Positions 49,011-61,835 of a stretch of 64,000 nucleotides of DNA are shown one piece after another (positions within the stretch are counted from its first letter, which is position 1; each line of letters begins with the position of its first letter). The translations under genes and the position numbers were made by a program. This stretch comes from Octopus bimaculoides (taxonomy: Eukaryota): positions 23,192,464 through 23,256,463 of the forward strand of contig NC_068983.1 in NCBI RefSeq assembly GCF_001194135.2, in the 5' to 3' direction. Under the pieces are notes generated by a model, which was given only the letters and a program-made list of their open reading frames with translations, was not told the origin of the DNA and did no database searches.

Positions 49011-50023
49011 ATTCATAGAGGATTTATGATAGTGGATTTTTTTTGTATTGTCAGTGTGGAATACAAAAAGAGACATAAATCTATATATCTTTTCCTTGGT
49101 TTTTATCTGAGGATGTCAGTCTATTATAGCTTGTATTCTCCATTGATCTAGTACATATTCTTCACTGCTAGGTAAATCTAAGGCACATTGAATAAAATAT
49201 TTACTCAGAAACATAAAATGCTTACAGCAGATTTGAACTTATTAAATGTAGGTAGTTCAGTGCCATACACATTTAACTATTTTTGCCCTACTTACTCATT
49301 TACAAAATAAATTGAATGCATTTTTGTGGTACTAGTGTTAGAAGTTGTCAGATCCTGAATGCACATCCATTATCCACTTTGCAGAGTGTACTGGATACAT
49401 ATTGTTGTGTCACCAGTACTAAAGATGTTGTCATGTCCTCAACCCAGTTATATCTTTACTTGTCCATCAACCACTTCTTCAGAAGATGTATTGGATGTAC
49501 TTTATCATAGTACTAGCACTCGGTCTCTATTCATTCAGGGCGCCATGAGCAATTGATCAAATAGAGAGAGTGATTACAGAAGAACTGTAGGGAGAGACAA
49601 TGCTAGAGGAATGTAAGAAGTAAAAGAAGAATTTAATGTGTTAGATAGTAGCAGCATTGGGTGAATGGCAGTTACATGGTCACAGATAGAGGAGAAAACA
49701 AGTGATGAATAATCAGTGTTAAGAAAGTGAGGTAGATGTCAGTAAAGAATGATCTGGTGGGAAGGGGTGGCACTAATAAATACATTACAATAGGAAGATT
49801 GAGATGTTTTTCACCAGAGAAAATTTTAGTTTTCTCTAGTGAAAAATTGATGTACAACAGTGTTATCTTACTGTTAATATAATTTTTCTAAAGTAAAAAT
49901 AGGAATATGAAGATTTGGTACATACAATTAAAAACTTATTAATCTTATAACTTATTAATCTTATAAAGTTTTGTGTTTTATGGAGAACAAATAGACATTT
50001 GCTATTTTTTTTTCTTTTTTCAG

Positions 50024-50074
50024 AGAAATCCTGAAATAACACACATGTTGAATAACCCTGAATTGATGAGACAG
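50024..50074 (+). CDS. UBQLN1: Ubiquilin coding exon 5
   Basis: ttttcag|RNPEITHMLNNPELMRQ|gtatga; 51 nt. Confidence 0.95.
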
Positions 50075-50299
50075 GTATGAGCTTCCAGATTCTTGTATTT
50101 GATATTGTGAAAAAGGTTTTCACTATTTCCATTTCCAAGCATCTTCACTATTTTACATTTGTTTCTTTCTATTCCCGCATGGATTGTGCAAATATTTTGT
50201 AGCACAATCTCCTTCAAGAACTACAACTTCTTGAGATCAGTTTCAACACCTTTTCTGTGTCTTGGTTTTCTTTTTCTGCAGATTCCTTCAATTTGGACA

Positions 50300-51960
50300 C
50301 TGGGCACTTCTCTATCAAACTATTATCTTCTCTATATATACCATATGTCCATACCAGTGTAGTCTTCTCTCTTGCACACATCAAAATCTCTTATACACCT
50401 AGTTTTCTCTCAACTCATTTGTGCTATCATTCTTGCACATTATGCATCCACTGGAGCATGCTTGCTTCATTTGATTCCAGACTTTGTAGACAATCATTTT
50501 GTTGCCAGATGTAAATACTCTCTGAATTTTTTAAATCCTCTTCTTTGGCTACTATGCTTTTAGAAACACACCTTTGCTGCAAAGTAGATCATCTAAATAA
50601 TAGAAGCTATTAACTCCTATCAAACTGTCAAAGCATTTGAAAGAATTTTTTGTTTATGGATGTTCTTAATGCTGACTACTGTGCATCTGTTACATAATGA
50701 AGACTTGCTTCTCTATCAACCTGCATGGAGTTTCTACCTATTTTATTTTTATATATTGAAAATGGGCACATTCCCAATGGCTGTAGCATTTTGCTTTCTT
50801 TTCTACTAAATAAAACTTTAGTGCTGGCTAGCCTCTTAATTGCAGGTTTTGCTTTCATATATGGAATTCCTTGAATCTTCAAGAGATCCAACTATGAGAA
50901 CTAAGTCATCAGTATACAGGTGTTCTCACAGACAGTTGGTCTTAAAACTCCCCCTCTACTCATTACCTGGAGAAGTACTGGACTTAGCCCTGATAGACAC
51001 CTACCTGTGCACTATATTGCATAATATTTCCATGTCTGTTTCTCCTAGCATTAATGAAGTTTGCCTCTCAGACCATACACACTTCACCCCAACCATATTT
51101 TGATTCATAAAAACCTGCTACTTTGCAATCCAAAACATCTTGTACCTCTGATCCTTTCATCACAGAACTTTGGCAAAACTGTAACTCTATACTCCTGTAT
51201 TTGCTATGTATACCTGGCACCTTGATTTTGTACTTTGCTCCTGAACTTTCTTCCTGTTATTCTGGATCTGTCTCTTACTTTTGATGGCTCTTTCTACTGT
51301 ACCATTCCACCACTGTCACCTGTCTGGCTGGAGTTTGCTCTATCCATGAACCTGGTCTGTAGATCACAGAAGGTTGTCTTGTTGACACCCCCAATATCTT
51401 CTGTTATATGTGGTTAGCTCTGTCTCCTTCTGTAGTACTTCTTTGTACCTACATCCGTTGGAGGGTCTCTGATGCAAATGGTCAGGTCATTTGCATCACA
51501 AAACTTCAAAAGCATTTGTTCCTTTTTCATTCCTCTTACAATATCCATAGCCTTCCATGTACATTAGTTAGAATATCCATCATTGTGTTACCTGACATTG
51601 CCATAAAAGTGAACAGCTATGATAATAAAGCTTCTATTATTTGTTGTCAAAGTCTGCAAGAGAATCTCATTAGAACAGTTCTTTTGCTCATCTGTCTTAA
51701 TTGTAGTACTTACCTAGAAATCATTGTTGCTGTTATGTAGTTTATGACTTGTCCGAACTCAATTGTTCTGTCACTTACTCTGACTGCTTCAGTTATTTAT
51801 CCATCACTCTGACAACAACATGCCTATTCTTCCCAACTCAGTATTGTTACCCACCTAGAGGACGTTAAGAGAGTTGATGCTATCATTTGATGGTAGCTGA
51901 AGAATCTTCGCTCATGGTCAGATGTCCCTACCAAACCATTCCATTTCTGTGTGCATCACT
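50300..51960 (-). mobile_element. Highly degraded LINE remnant (RTE-like apurinic endonuclease region)
   Basis: Minus-strand fragments GYGYCKRNEKG and LLKFCDANDLTIC resemble the RTE endonuclease G-x-RN-x-x-G...FC-x-x-N-x-L segment; many stops; extent approximate. Confidence 0.5.
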
Positions 51961-52174
51961 AACATAAGTGTTTGTCCTGTACATGTAATTAAGGTTTTTT
52001 TATTGTATTTATGACTGTCATTATTTTGGAGTGGCTTATTTGAACAGTAAAAAGAAAATCGTTTATGACATTACATGGTTGACTTTTTTTTTTATTTCAT
52101 AACAATGAAATTCCTGTTCAGCTTCATTTTTTTTTCCCAGTTATTTTTACTGTGATGAATGTTTTTATCTTCAG

Positions 52175-52252
52175 ACATTAGAGCTTGCAAGGAACCCAGC
52201 CATGTTGCAAGAGCTTATGAGAACTCAAGATCGAGCTATGAGTAATTTGGAA
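52175..52252 (+). CDS. UBQLN1: Ubiquilin coding exon 6
   Basis: ttcag|[26 protein letters not shown]|gtaagt; 78 nt. Confidence 0.96.
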
Positions 52253-52677
52253 GTAAGTAGTTTCCATTTTATGACTAAATTTATTCAGGACTCTCCCCAC
52301 TCCAATTTTGTATGCACCAATAAGTAGCTCTGAATAACTGATTTTAGGGTGAGATTTGAAATTTTCAAATGAGTCATCAATAGTCATTTGAAGAAAGAAA
52401 AACCCCCAAAATATAAAATACATAGCAAACAGCAAATTTAATGCCAATTTTGAAGAAATGATAAAGCTATTTGACATACTGATGAAATAGTCATACCTCA
52501 TAATACTCTTGATTGTTAAAATTATCAGTTGACAGCAAATTAGTTACATTATATAATGGGGAAGGGCAATGAAGATTGTGATGTTGATGCCTTTTCCAAG
52601 AGGTTTGGTGGTACAAGTATGACTAAATTTAATTAGGATTTTTTTTTCCATAATTGTTTTTATAAGCACCAAGAAAT

Positions 52678-54428
52678 CATCATCATCATCATCATCATCG
52701 TTTAACGTCCGCTTTCCATGCTAGCATGGGTTGGACGATTTGACTGAGGACTGGTGAAACTGGATGGCAACACCAGGCTCCAGTCTAATTTGGCAGAGTT
52801 TCTACAGCTGGATGCCCTTCCTAACGCCAACCACTCAGAGAGTGTAGTGGGTGCTTTTACGTGTCACCCGCATGAAAACGGCCACGCTCGAAATGGTGTC
52901 TTTTATGTGCCACCCGCACAAGCCAGTCCAGGGGCACTGGCAACGATCTCGCTCGAAAATCCTACGGGAGCCAGTCAGGCGGTACTNNNNNNNNNNNNNN
53001 NNNNNNNNNNNNNNNNNNNNNNNNNNNNNNNNNNNNNNNNNNNNNNNNNNNNNNNNNNNNNNNNNNNNNNNNNNNNNNNNNNNNNNNNNNNNNNNNNNNN
53101 NNNNNNNNNNNNNNNNNNNNNNNNNNNNNNNNNNNNNNNNNNNNNNNNNNNNNNNNNNNNNNNNNNNNNNNNNNNNNNNNNNNNNNNNNNNNNNNNNNNN
53201 NNNNNNNNNNNNNNNNNNNNNNNNNNNNNNNNNNNNNNNNNNNNNNNNNNNNNNNNNNNNNNNNNNNNNNNNNNNNNNNNNNNNNNNNNNNNNNNNNCTA
53301 ATGTTCAGCTTTTCTCTCAAGATACTTACACTCTGACGGGTATTCACATTGACATTACACATCCAACGGAGCATACTGGCTTCATTCCTTGCGAGCTTAC
53401 GTATGTCCTCAGCAGTTACAGCCCATGTTTCACTGCCATATAGCATGGCTGTTCGTACGCATGCGTCATACAGTCTGCCTTTTACTCTGAGTGAGAGTCC
53501 CTTTGTCGCCAGCAGGGGTAAGAGCTCTCTAAACTTTGCCCAGGCTATTCTTATTCTAGCAGCTACACTTTCAGCGCACCCACCCCCACTACTAACTTGG
53601 TCGCCCAGATAGCGGAAGCTATCGACTACCTCTAGTTTTTCACCCTGGAATGAGATAGCAGCGACGGATAATTGACTTTGATAGGAATTGTAATTAAAAC
53701 CAAATACGGAGAGTTGGCACATTGTCAGATGTTTTATTTTATACTGTGTACATCTTATAGAGTTTCTAACTATGCCTTTTCTACAGATCGAGCAGGGCCA
53801 TCTACCTGAAGGGGTTTGTGTTTTGTCCACCTTCCTACTTATTAGGACTTTGGTTTTAGCTAGGTTTACTCTAAGGCCCTTCAATTCTAGTCCTTGCTTC
53901 CACACCTGAAATTTCTCCTTTAGTTCTGATAGTGACTCAGCAATTAGAGCAAGGTCATCAGCATAGAGGAGTTCCCAGGGGCATCCTGTCTTGAATTCCT
54001 GTGTTATTGCCTGGAGTACTATGATAACTAGGAGGGGGTTGAGGACAGAACCTTGGTGGACCCCAACCTCTACCCGGAATTCTTCACTGTACTCGTTTTC
54101 AACCCTCACCTGATAGCGTCTCTGTACATGGCTTGCACAGCTCTCACTAACCATTCTTCTATCCCTAGTTTCCTCATTGACCACCAGATAAGGGATCAGG
54201 GGACCCTGTCAAAGGCTTTCTCCATGTCAACGAAAGCCAGGTACAGCAGTTTATCTTTGGCTAGGTATTTGTCCTGCAGCTGTTTTACCAGAAATATAGC
54301 ATCAGTGGTGCTTTTCCCTGTCTGAACCCAAACTGCATCTCATCTAAACTGACTCTCTCCCTAATTAGTTGGGCTATGACCCTCTCCGTGGCTTTCATTA
54401 CCTGATCTAACAACTTGATACTTCTGTA
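52678..54428 (-). mobile_element. 5'-truncated RTE-clade LINE (reverse transcriptase plus 3' UTR with (ATG)n tail), inactivated; inside ubiquilin intron 6
   Basis: RT motifs AFVDMEKAFDRVP*, GVHQGSVLNPLL, LLYADDL, NLAKTK, FRYLG, MLYGSETW. There is an in-frame stop and frameshifts upstream of 54184. The 3' end ...ggacgttaaacgatgatgatg is shared with many short copies in the window. Contains N gap 52987-53297. Confidence 0.93.
52987..53297. other. Assembly gap inside the RTE LINE
   Basis: N run. Confidence 1.
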
Positions 54429-54674
54429 AAACCGATTCCTTATGGGATTTCTCAATCAAATTGCCTGCGACCCATTTCAGCCAAACGTTTACCAATTGCA
54501 ACGGATTTCGCTCAAATTTGTGCGTGAAAAAAAATAATTTAGTTGTATTTTTGTATTGTATAATATAAGAAATGGTCAGTGCAAGTTAGTGTAGCATTTA
54601 TTATTATCAGATATTTTTAGCTAAATTTTGTTAATCTAATTGTTCTATTAACTTGGTTTTCTTCTTTTTTAAAG

Positions 54675-54798
54675 AGTATTCCAGGAGGTTTTAATGCTCT
54701 GCAGCGAATGTACCGTGATATCCAAGAGCCTATGATGAATGCTGCACAGGAAGGGTTTGGCTCTAACCCATTTGTCTCTTTGGTATCTAACTCTAGTG
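54675..54798 (+). CDS. UBQLN1: Ubiquilin coding exon 7
   Basis: ttttaaag|[41 protein letters not shown](G)|gtaagt; 124 nt, ends phase 1. Confidence 0.96.
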
Positions 54799-54879
54799 GT
54801 AAGTTAATATCAATAAAAAAAAAAAACATTTTTTTTTTTTACTTTATCATGTGCTACTAATACTGGTATGATATAAGGC

Positions 54880-55090
54880 AGCGAGCTGGCAGAATCATAA
54901 GCACACTGGGCAAAATGCTTAGTTGCATTTCATCCACCTGTACATTCCGAGTTCAATTTCCACCGAGGTCGACTTCACCATTCAGTCTTTCTGGGGTCGG
55001 TAAAATAAGTACCACTCGAGCATGGGTCGATGTAATCAACTTGGCTTCCCCCAGAATTGCTGGCCTACTGCCAAAATTTGAAACCAATAT
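54880..55090 (+). mobile_element. SINE family B copy, near full length
   Basis: aaggcagcgagctggcagaatcataagcac...ccgagttcaatt...ctggggtcggtaaaataagtacc...atttgaaaccaat. Confidence 0.82.
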
Positions 55091-55340
55091 TAGTCTGTGA
55101 GATTCTCCCCTTCCCTTGCATTCCCCCCACCCTGGCCAAAAGAAAAAAAAGCATCAGAACATTAAGAAATTCGTATGTGGAAACTGATAAATGAACAAAA
55201 ATAAGATGTGAAATGATCTTTATATGCTCAGGGTTTTAAGTATTATGGAATATTGGAGATCTTGTGTGACAGGCAAGATAAATATAACAATGTAACTGGC
55301 ATACTGACACTTTATGCCAACCCTTTTTGAGAGATTAGAG

Positions 55341-55651
55341 CAGTGGTTCTCAACCGGGGTTCATACAAGCAAAGTACTAAATTGGGGACTCTCAGTAATA
55401 TATTAAGGGTCCATTAAAAAATTTCGCTTTAGATGTATTTATTGCAAGAAACAGCTAGGTTTCGTTCTCTAATGTTTTATACATAGTTCACCTTAATACA
55501 AGTGAATGTATGAAAAACAGAATAAGAATTTTGAATGAAGTATCTATAAAACTAATTTTTCAACATCGAATAGCTATGGGGGTCCACTAGAGTAAAATAG
55601 TAATCAAAGGGGACTATAGCTAAAAAAAAAAAAAATGGTTGAGTACCACTG
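55341..55651. mobile_element. hAT (Charlie-like) MITE with 8-bp TSD
   Basis: TIRs CAGTGGTTCTCAACC / GGTTGAGTACCACTG; flanks gattagag / ggttagag (7 of 8 match). A partial related end lies at ~35085-35107. Confidence 0.85.
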
Positions 55652-56750
55652 GGTTAGAGGGTGCCTGATTGCTTTGTTGCAAAAGCTAACATGGTTGCTT
55701 GACTTATAACGAATGTTTTGTTGTTCTTGGAAAATCTGTTGTAACTCAAATGCATAATCTAACAGCACTTATCTAATTGATTCTTTGATTATTGCCACCC
55801 ACAAATACAATATATTAAATCTCCTTATGAGCATTTTCAGAATAGTTTTCCCTCTCACAAATGCAGTTCTACCTTTTATTCCAATTGGCAAATTGGTGTA
55901 GTTGTTAGAGCATGGGACAAAATCCCTTGAGGTATTTATTCAGCTCTCTGCTAAGATCACTTTTGACTTTAATCCTCTCTGGGTTGATAAAATAAAGATA
56001 TCACTTCAGGATGGTAAATTGGATGTCTTTAGAATATTCTACTCTGTTGAAAATATTCAGACTGGGTCTAAAGTTTGAGAACATACTCCTTTCTTCTCAT
56101 TTTCAGAAACTCTAAAAAAAAAAAAAAATTAACGGTCATGAGCACTACCTTTCCCTCCCTGACTAAGTAAAAAGGAAAAGAACAAAGAAAAAATCATCTT
56201 TCTTTTTAAATGCATTATTACTTCTGACTGTTACCTGTATAAAGAATACACATTACGATTTTCTACTTTACTACCCATTAAATCTAAACAAGTGAAATTT
56301 CATATAATTGTTTTCTCTAAACTTAGCAAATAAAACATGTGATCCTATTCTGTATACTTCCTTGTGAGCATTCTTTACACCACATAAAAAAAAAACTGAT
56401 TCTTCATTTGCCCCCAATTTATAAATATGGGTTAAACATGGTTAGTGCTCTTAACATATACTGGAAATTAACAATTAGAATAAACTATATTTCATTAACT
56501 ATTATGTTGTGTGTGTGTGTAATTGAAAATTAATTAGCTGACAGAATTTTTGCATCTGTGGAATTTAAGATAGCCAGTATTTTATCATTGTTCTCAGTAT
56601 CAATATTTCACTAAGAAAAATGTTCTAGTTTTGGCAGAGAGTAGAAGCATGAAACTCTTTGTGTTGATTTTGTTTCATTAAAAATACAATGACAGTGATT
56701 TAACTTTATATACTTACTAATTACAATGCTTTGTATTTCTGTATATTCAG

Positions 56751-56927
56751 GAGGGAGCAACCAAAACAACGAGCAGGTTGGGAGGGAAAATAACGACCCC
56801 TTGCCAAATCCTTGGACCCCTAAACCAGCAGGTGGTAGTGGGTCTACTACTGGAGGAGGGAGTGGTCCTACTCAAACTGACAGCACTAGTGGGGACTCAT
56901 CAACACCCTTGGCTGGTGGACCTTTTG
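56751..56927 (+). CDS. UBQLN1: Ubiquilin coding exon 8 (ENNDPLPNPW motif)
   Basis: ttcag|(G)GSNQNNEQVGRENNDPLPNPWTPKPAGG...AGGPF(G)|gtaagc; 177 nt, phase 1-1. Confidence 0.95.
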
Positions 56928-58871
56928 GTAAGCATTCATTGACAGTTGTTAGTTAAAAAGCAATGGAATCTTTCAATTTATGGTTGTCTTTATCCTGTGT
57001 TATTTTTCTGGTAATAATTATATTTGCTTTACATCCATTTCTCCTGAGTTAGCATAAGTTACATCAGGACTTATTTGAGATTGTTTGTCTCCAACCCTTA
57101 TGCTTCAAGTAAGATTTTTTGGTCTTCATAAGTGCAGAACAGTTGGTTGTAATGTCAACAAGAAATGGAAGCCCCTTATCACTCATGATGGGTTTTCGTA
57201 CGGCTTGTGTCTGCCAGTTCCACTCACAAGGCATTGGTCAACCAGGGACTATAGTAGACACTTAACCAGGGTGCCATGTAATTGGATTGAATCCATAGTG
57301 ATGTGGTTGTAAAGTGAACTTCTGAACTGCACTGCCACAACTGTCTTTGGGTAAGAAGATCTCGTTTTTGAGCAAAATAATCTAATATGAACAAAGTATT
57401 TATCAGCACAACTAGCTTTTTATGATTTGTGCTGTCTTTGGTTTCCTGCAAACAAATGAAATGATGAGGTCAGCTTTTCTGAAAATATGTATCATATTTT
57501 TAATTGAACATTTTAAAACTCTTGGGGGAATTTAAATTAACGAAAAATTAAGAATTCTACTGAAATAGTCATTTGGTTTTAGGAATAATTAATTTTTTTC
57601 TTTAAAGATAATAAATCGTAGATTTTCATCTTTTTTAATGATCTGGCTTTGTATTGTTTATGTCCGTTTAAATGTTTTGTAATATATAAAGATGTTTAAT
57701 GAAAAACGTATCAAGTACAGGCTTGCCTGTATGGTTATGGAGTTTGCTTTGTTACCATGTGGTTTTGAGTGCTATCTCACTGTGAGGTACCTTGGTCAAA
57801 TGTCTTCTGTCTTCTCAGGCCAACCAATGCCTTGTTAGTAAAATTGAGAGGCAGAAAATGTACAGATGATTAACGTGTGTGCACATGTCTGTATTTGCAT
57901 GCTTATGTGTGTGTATCAGTGTGAATGCACATATTCTACAGCTACATTAAGAAAACAGCAGTAATGTTTACATTCTCCATCAACAAATGAATCCACTGAT
58001 TCTGCACTTATGAAGACAAGGGGAATAATAATAATAATTCCCTTCCTTGAAAAACAGCTAAGGGTTAGTAACTGGTCCAATTCATGCTAGGATGGAGAAA
58101 AAAAATACCCAGCATAACAGTGAATGAGTAGATTCATAAACTGAAATACAGCAAATATAAATAAACGAATTTATTTTATAACTTCAAATTGTAACAAAAA
58201 CTACTATTTTACCCTTTACAAATAAATGTGTTTCTAGTATTCTTCTAATTATTGAGAATTTTACTGTAAATTTGTCTCATGTTTTCTTAATTTCCCCTTT
58301 GAGTTTAAAAATCCAGTCAGTTATGTGTGTTGGGAAATGATTATTAAGGCTGCATTACATTTCTGATGGCAACTGTCCTTACATTGAGTGAACTTACTTT
58401 CACTGAGTGTTTCAATAGTAAAGAAGGAAGGATATTTTTTTATCACAAAATAATTTGAAGACTTTGTTAACAGTAAGGCACACAAACTATTTGTGGAACT
58501 TTTGTGTTCCAACTTACATTAATTTAATTTAATGTGTCTGTTGTACACTTCTAACCAGTTATAAAATAACTTGATATGAGCTTTATTTGCAGTTTATACT
58601 TTTCATGTTTGTTAACACTTCTCTAATTACAAATTCTTGTCTTTCCCCCATACACTGTCACTCACTTTCATGCACACATTCTTAGACTTGCTCGTTCCCA
58701 TGTGTGCCTACCCACTCACTCACCTGCACAACCATCCATCGTTTAACATCCATTTTCCATGATGGCATGGGTTGGACATTTATACATATATATCCACACA
58801 CACACATTTGTTGGATTGAATTCATTTGAAGTAAATTTATTTCTAGTTTGAATTTCTTAATTTCAATACAG

Positions 58872-59011
58872 GTATGTTTAATACGCCTGGTATGCAGAGT
58901 TTGCTAACACAAATGACACAGAATCCACAACTGATCCAGAATATGTTGCAAGCTCCATACATTCAAACTATGATGCAAACCATGTCCAGTAATCCTGATA
59001 TGGCTCAGCAG
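58872..59011 (+). CDS. UBQLN1: Ubiquilin coding exon 9 (STI1 repeat)
   Basis: tacag|(G)[46 protein letters not shown]|gtattt; 140 nt. Confidence 0.96.
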
Positions 59012-60556
59012 GTATTTACTGATTTTTTTATTTTATTTTTTTTTTTTTTCTATATCATTCATGCTTAAAATAATTCTGCTTTCATGAATTTCATATTTAT
59101 TTCATCATCTGTTATTGATACATAAAAATTGTCTCCTTCAACTTTTGCAAAAGTTTGTCATTCTTGATGGTTCATTTCAAGTTTCAGAAAATACCATAAT
59201 GACAAACAGTTCTTTGCTGTAAGTAGCAAGAGAACTAAGTGATGTATGCTATGTTTGTTACATGCTAAGCTCATTATCCTCTCATACATACTATTTGATA
59301 TTACTAACAGCATTTTAGACTAGCATTATAATCCTATCCTCCATCTCATTGAATTGATTCCGATTACTTAGTTTCCATACTGGATTCTGTTCATTTCTTT
59401 TTAATTTCATGAATAATAATAATTCAGAAATTTGCTTGAACACCATATCTCCTATTCCCATCTTTTCAGTTTATCATTTTAATAATCTACACTCAAAACT
59501 GTTGCTAAGAGTTTTGAAAATAAGTATTTATGGTTTTAGTAAGTGTCTTGTTAAATTCTTCAGACATATTTAAGAAATTAATATTACTGTTTTTGGTAGG
59601 AAAATTAAAATAGTGTGATAGTTTTGTAATTAAAAACGTTTTACTTTATATTTTTATGTAAAGTAGTTCTAAGTACCAAGTCCCACTCAATTTTAAACAG
59701 TACTGACCGTGCTTGTGAATTCTGAGAACTAGTGAGGCAAAGAAGGGTAATGAACCTGTTTTCACTAATTGAGAAATACTTTTATATATTTCTCAAGGAG
59801 TGTAATACCCATAGAATTTTGTTTACATATTTCAGTGTATCTTATTACATGAACTACAATGGTTTTAAGGTCTTTGACATGCTTACTATATTCCTTGATC
59901 AATAATAATTTGACATATTTTAACTGTAAAGTCTTTTCTAACTATATCAGGTAGTCATTAAGTCTACAGTTAGTATCACTATAGTAACTCTTGAGAATTC
60001 TAGTTATTATAGCAAGTCAGAAATGCAATAGTAAGTTTTTGAGTCTAGTTCTTTATTTAAATTTTTTTTTATTTAGCTAGATTTAGAATAGATTGGAAAA
60101 AGTTTAGGGAACTATTGTCTCTGTTGGTAACAAAAGATTTTGCTTAACAATGATGATAGCTCTGTAGAGTTTCAGGAATGGGAGCAATACCATTTCTTCT
60201 GCTTCCTCCAATCCATCCCCTTTACACTTAATCTCTTTCTGAGTTAGAAATCCTTATTTTGAGTTTGATGAAGTTCACCAAGTTATATGTTTACTTTTTA
60301 ATCTAGTTCAGAATCTCAGAGTCCTGATATTAAATACTGCCATTGTTAATTTTGTTTTACATCAGTTTGCATTGTTGAAATGATTACACTTATTCTCACT
60401 ATAAACTGACAATACTGAATATGAAAAGATATGAATAAGGAGTATGTTACCTAAGCCTTCTTAATTCAGTGCATGAGAATTTTTATAAACTGATGACAGT
60501 AATCAATGATGATTATATTATTATTATTATGATAATAATAATTACTGTTATTTCAG

Positions 60557-60640
60557 ATTTTAGGTAATAATCCATTATTTGCTGCCAACCCCCAATTTCA
60601 AGATATATTTAACCAGTATCTTCCTACCATGATGAATCAG
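60557..60640 (+). CDS. UBQLN1: Ubiquilin coding exon 10 (84-nt symmetric exon)
   Basis: tttcag|ILGNNPLFAANPQFQDIFNQYLPTMMNQ|gtatat; 28 codons, phase 0-0. Too short for the ORF track; found by eye. Confidence 0.92.
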
Positions 60641-61835
60641 GTATATATCTTGTCTTTTCCCCAAATCTTCTGTAAATAAATATTGAATATTTATTTATAT
60701 TTATTAATTTTTGCTTAGATTTTTATAAAAATGTACATTAGTATATCTACAAAAACCAGCTTTTCATTAAGCTGTTGAAGCCGCTACAAGTATTTGTGCA
60801 TCTCGTTAATGACTGCCTAAATGTGTAAATAGCTTTTTTTTTTTTCTCTTGTTGATTTTTAGTAAATGTTGTAGAGCAGAAATTTGTTGCAAACAGGCCA
60901 TGCAGATTATCCAGTTTTGAAACTTGGTTGTAGATCTTTACTTTGTCTCAATAATGCTTTTTAAGGCACGGACATCCTAATATTTTGTCATTTGAAAATC
61001 TTCCTAGTGTAGCTGATATGATAATCATTTTAAGTCCTTTTAGAAAATAGATGTTTTTATAAGATCATGTTCGACCGTTTATGACATATGTATCTAATTT
61101 AATTGGTTTCAGTAGGGTACAAAGAAACCAACTATAAGACTAGTCAGTGATTTGTTTCCTGTCTTTGGATACTGTTATTTCTCTGGCCAAATCACTTAAC
61201 TTCGAAATTGTCGAGTCCACTTGACTGTAAATAACTATTATGGGGTAAAATCAATTCACTACTGAAAGGTGTGACAGAAATGAAGATTGAGTAAAGTCTA
61301 AAAGCACCACTTTCTGATAGCTGTCATCACAAAGTATTGTGTGCTAACCCAGAAATTATGTTAAAGTATTGTTGGATGTCACCTCTCTTCTGAATAGAAT
61401 GTTTATCATAGGCTTTGCTTTTGTTGGGGGAAGATTTAAGGCTATATAACCCCACCCCAGTTACCACCATGATATCTGCTTACAGTTTGGTGGACATGTC
61501 TTTAATAGTTTTTTTACTTTATAAAAGAATCAAACTATTTTCTCTTAACCCTTAAAATGCTGCACCACAAATAGCCATCAGTGTCATGGGGTCCTGAACT
61601 GTAGGTAACCGCAATTCAGAAAATGTTGTTTTGCACTGAAAAATGAAAACTAAGCAAGAAACAAAGTTTAGGCTCTTTTAGGAAGTACTTTGTCAAAAGA
61701 CTTTCTGTTAGCACCATGTATGTTTGTACCTGTGTTTATTCAGTGAATTTCTCTAAGGATTTTTTTCTTTCTTTTTTCATCATTCTCTTCTTTGATTTTT
61801 TTTAACATCATGGTTGGTAGAAATAATATATTTCT

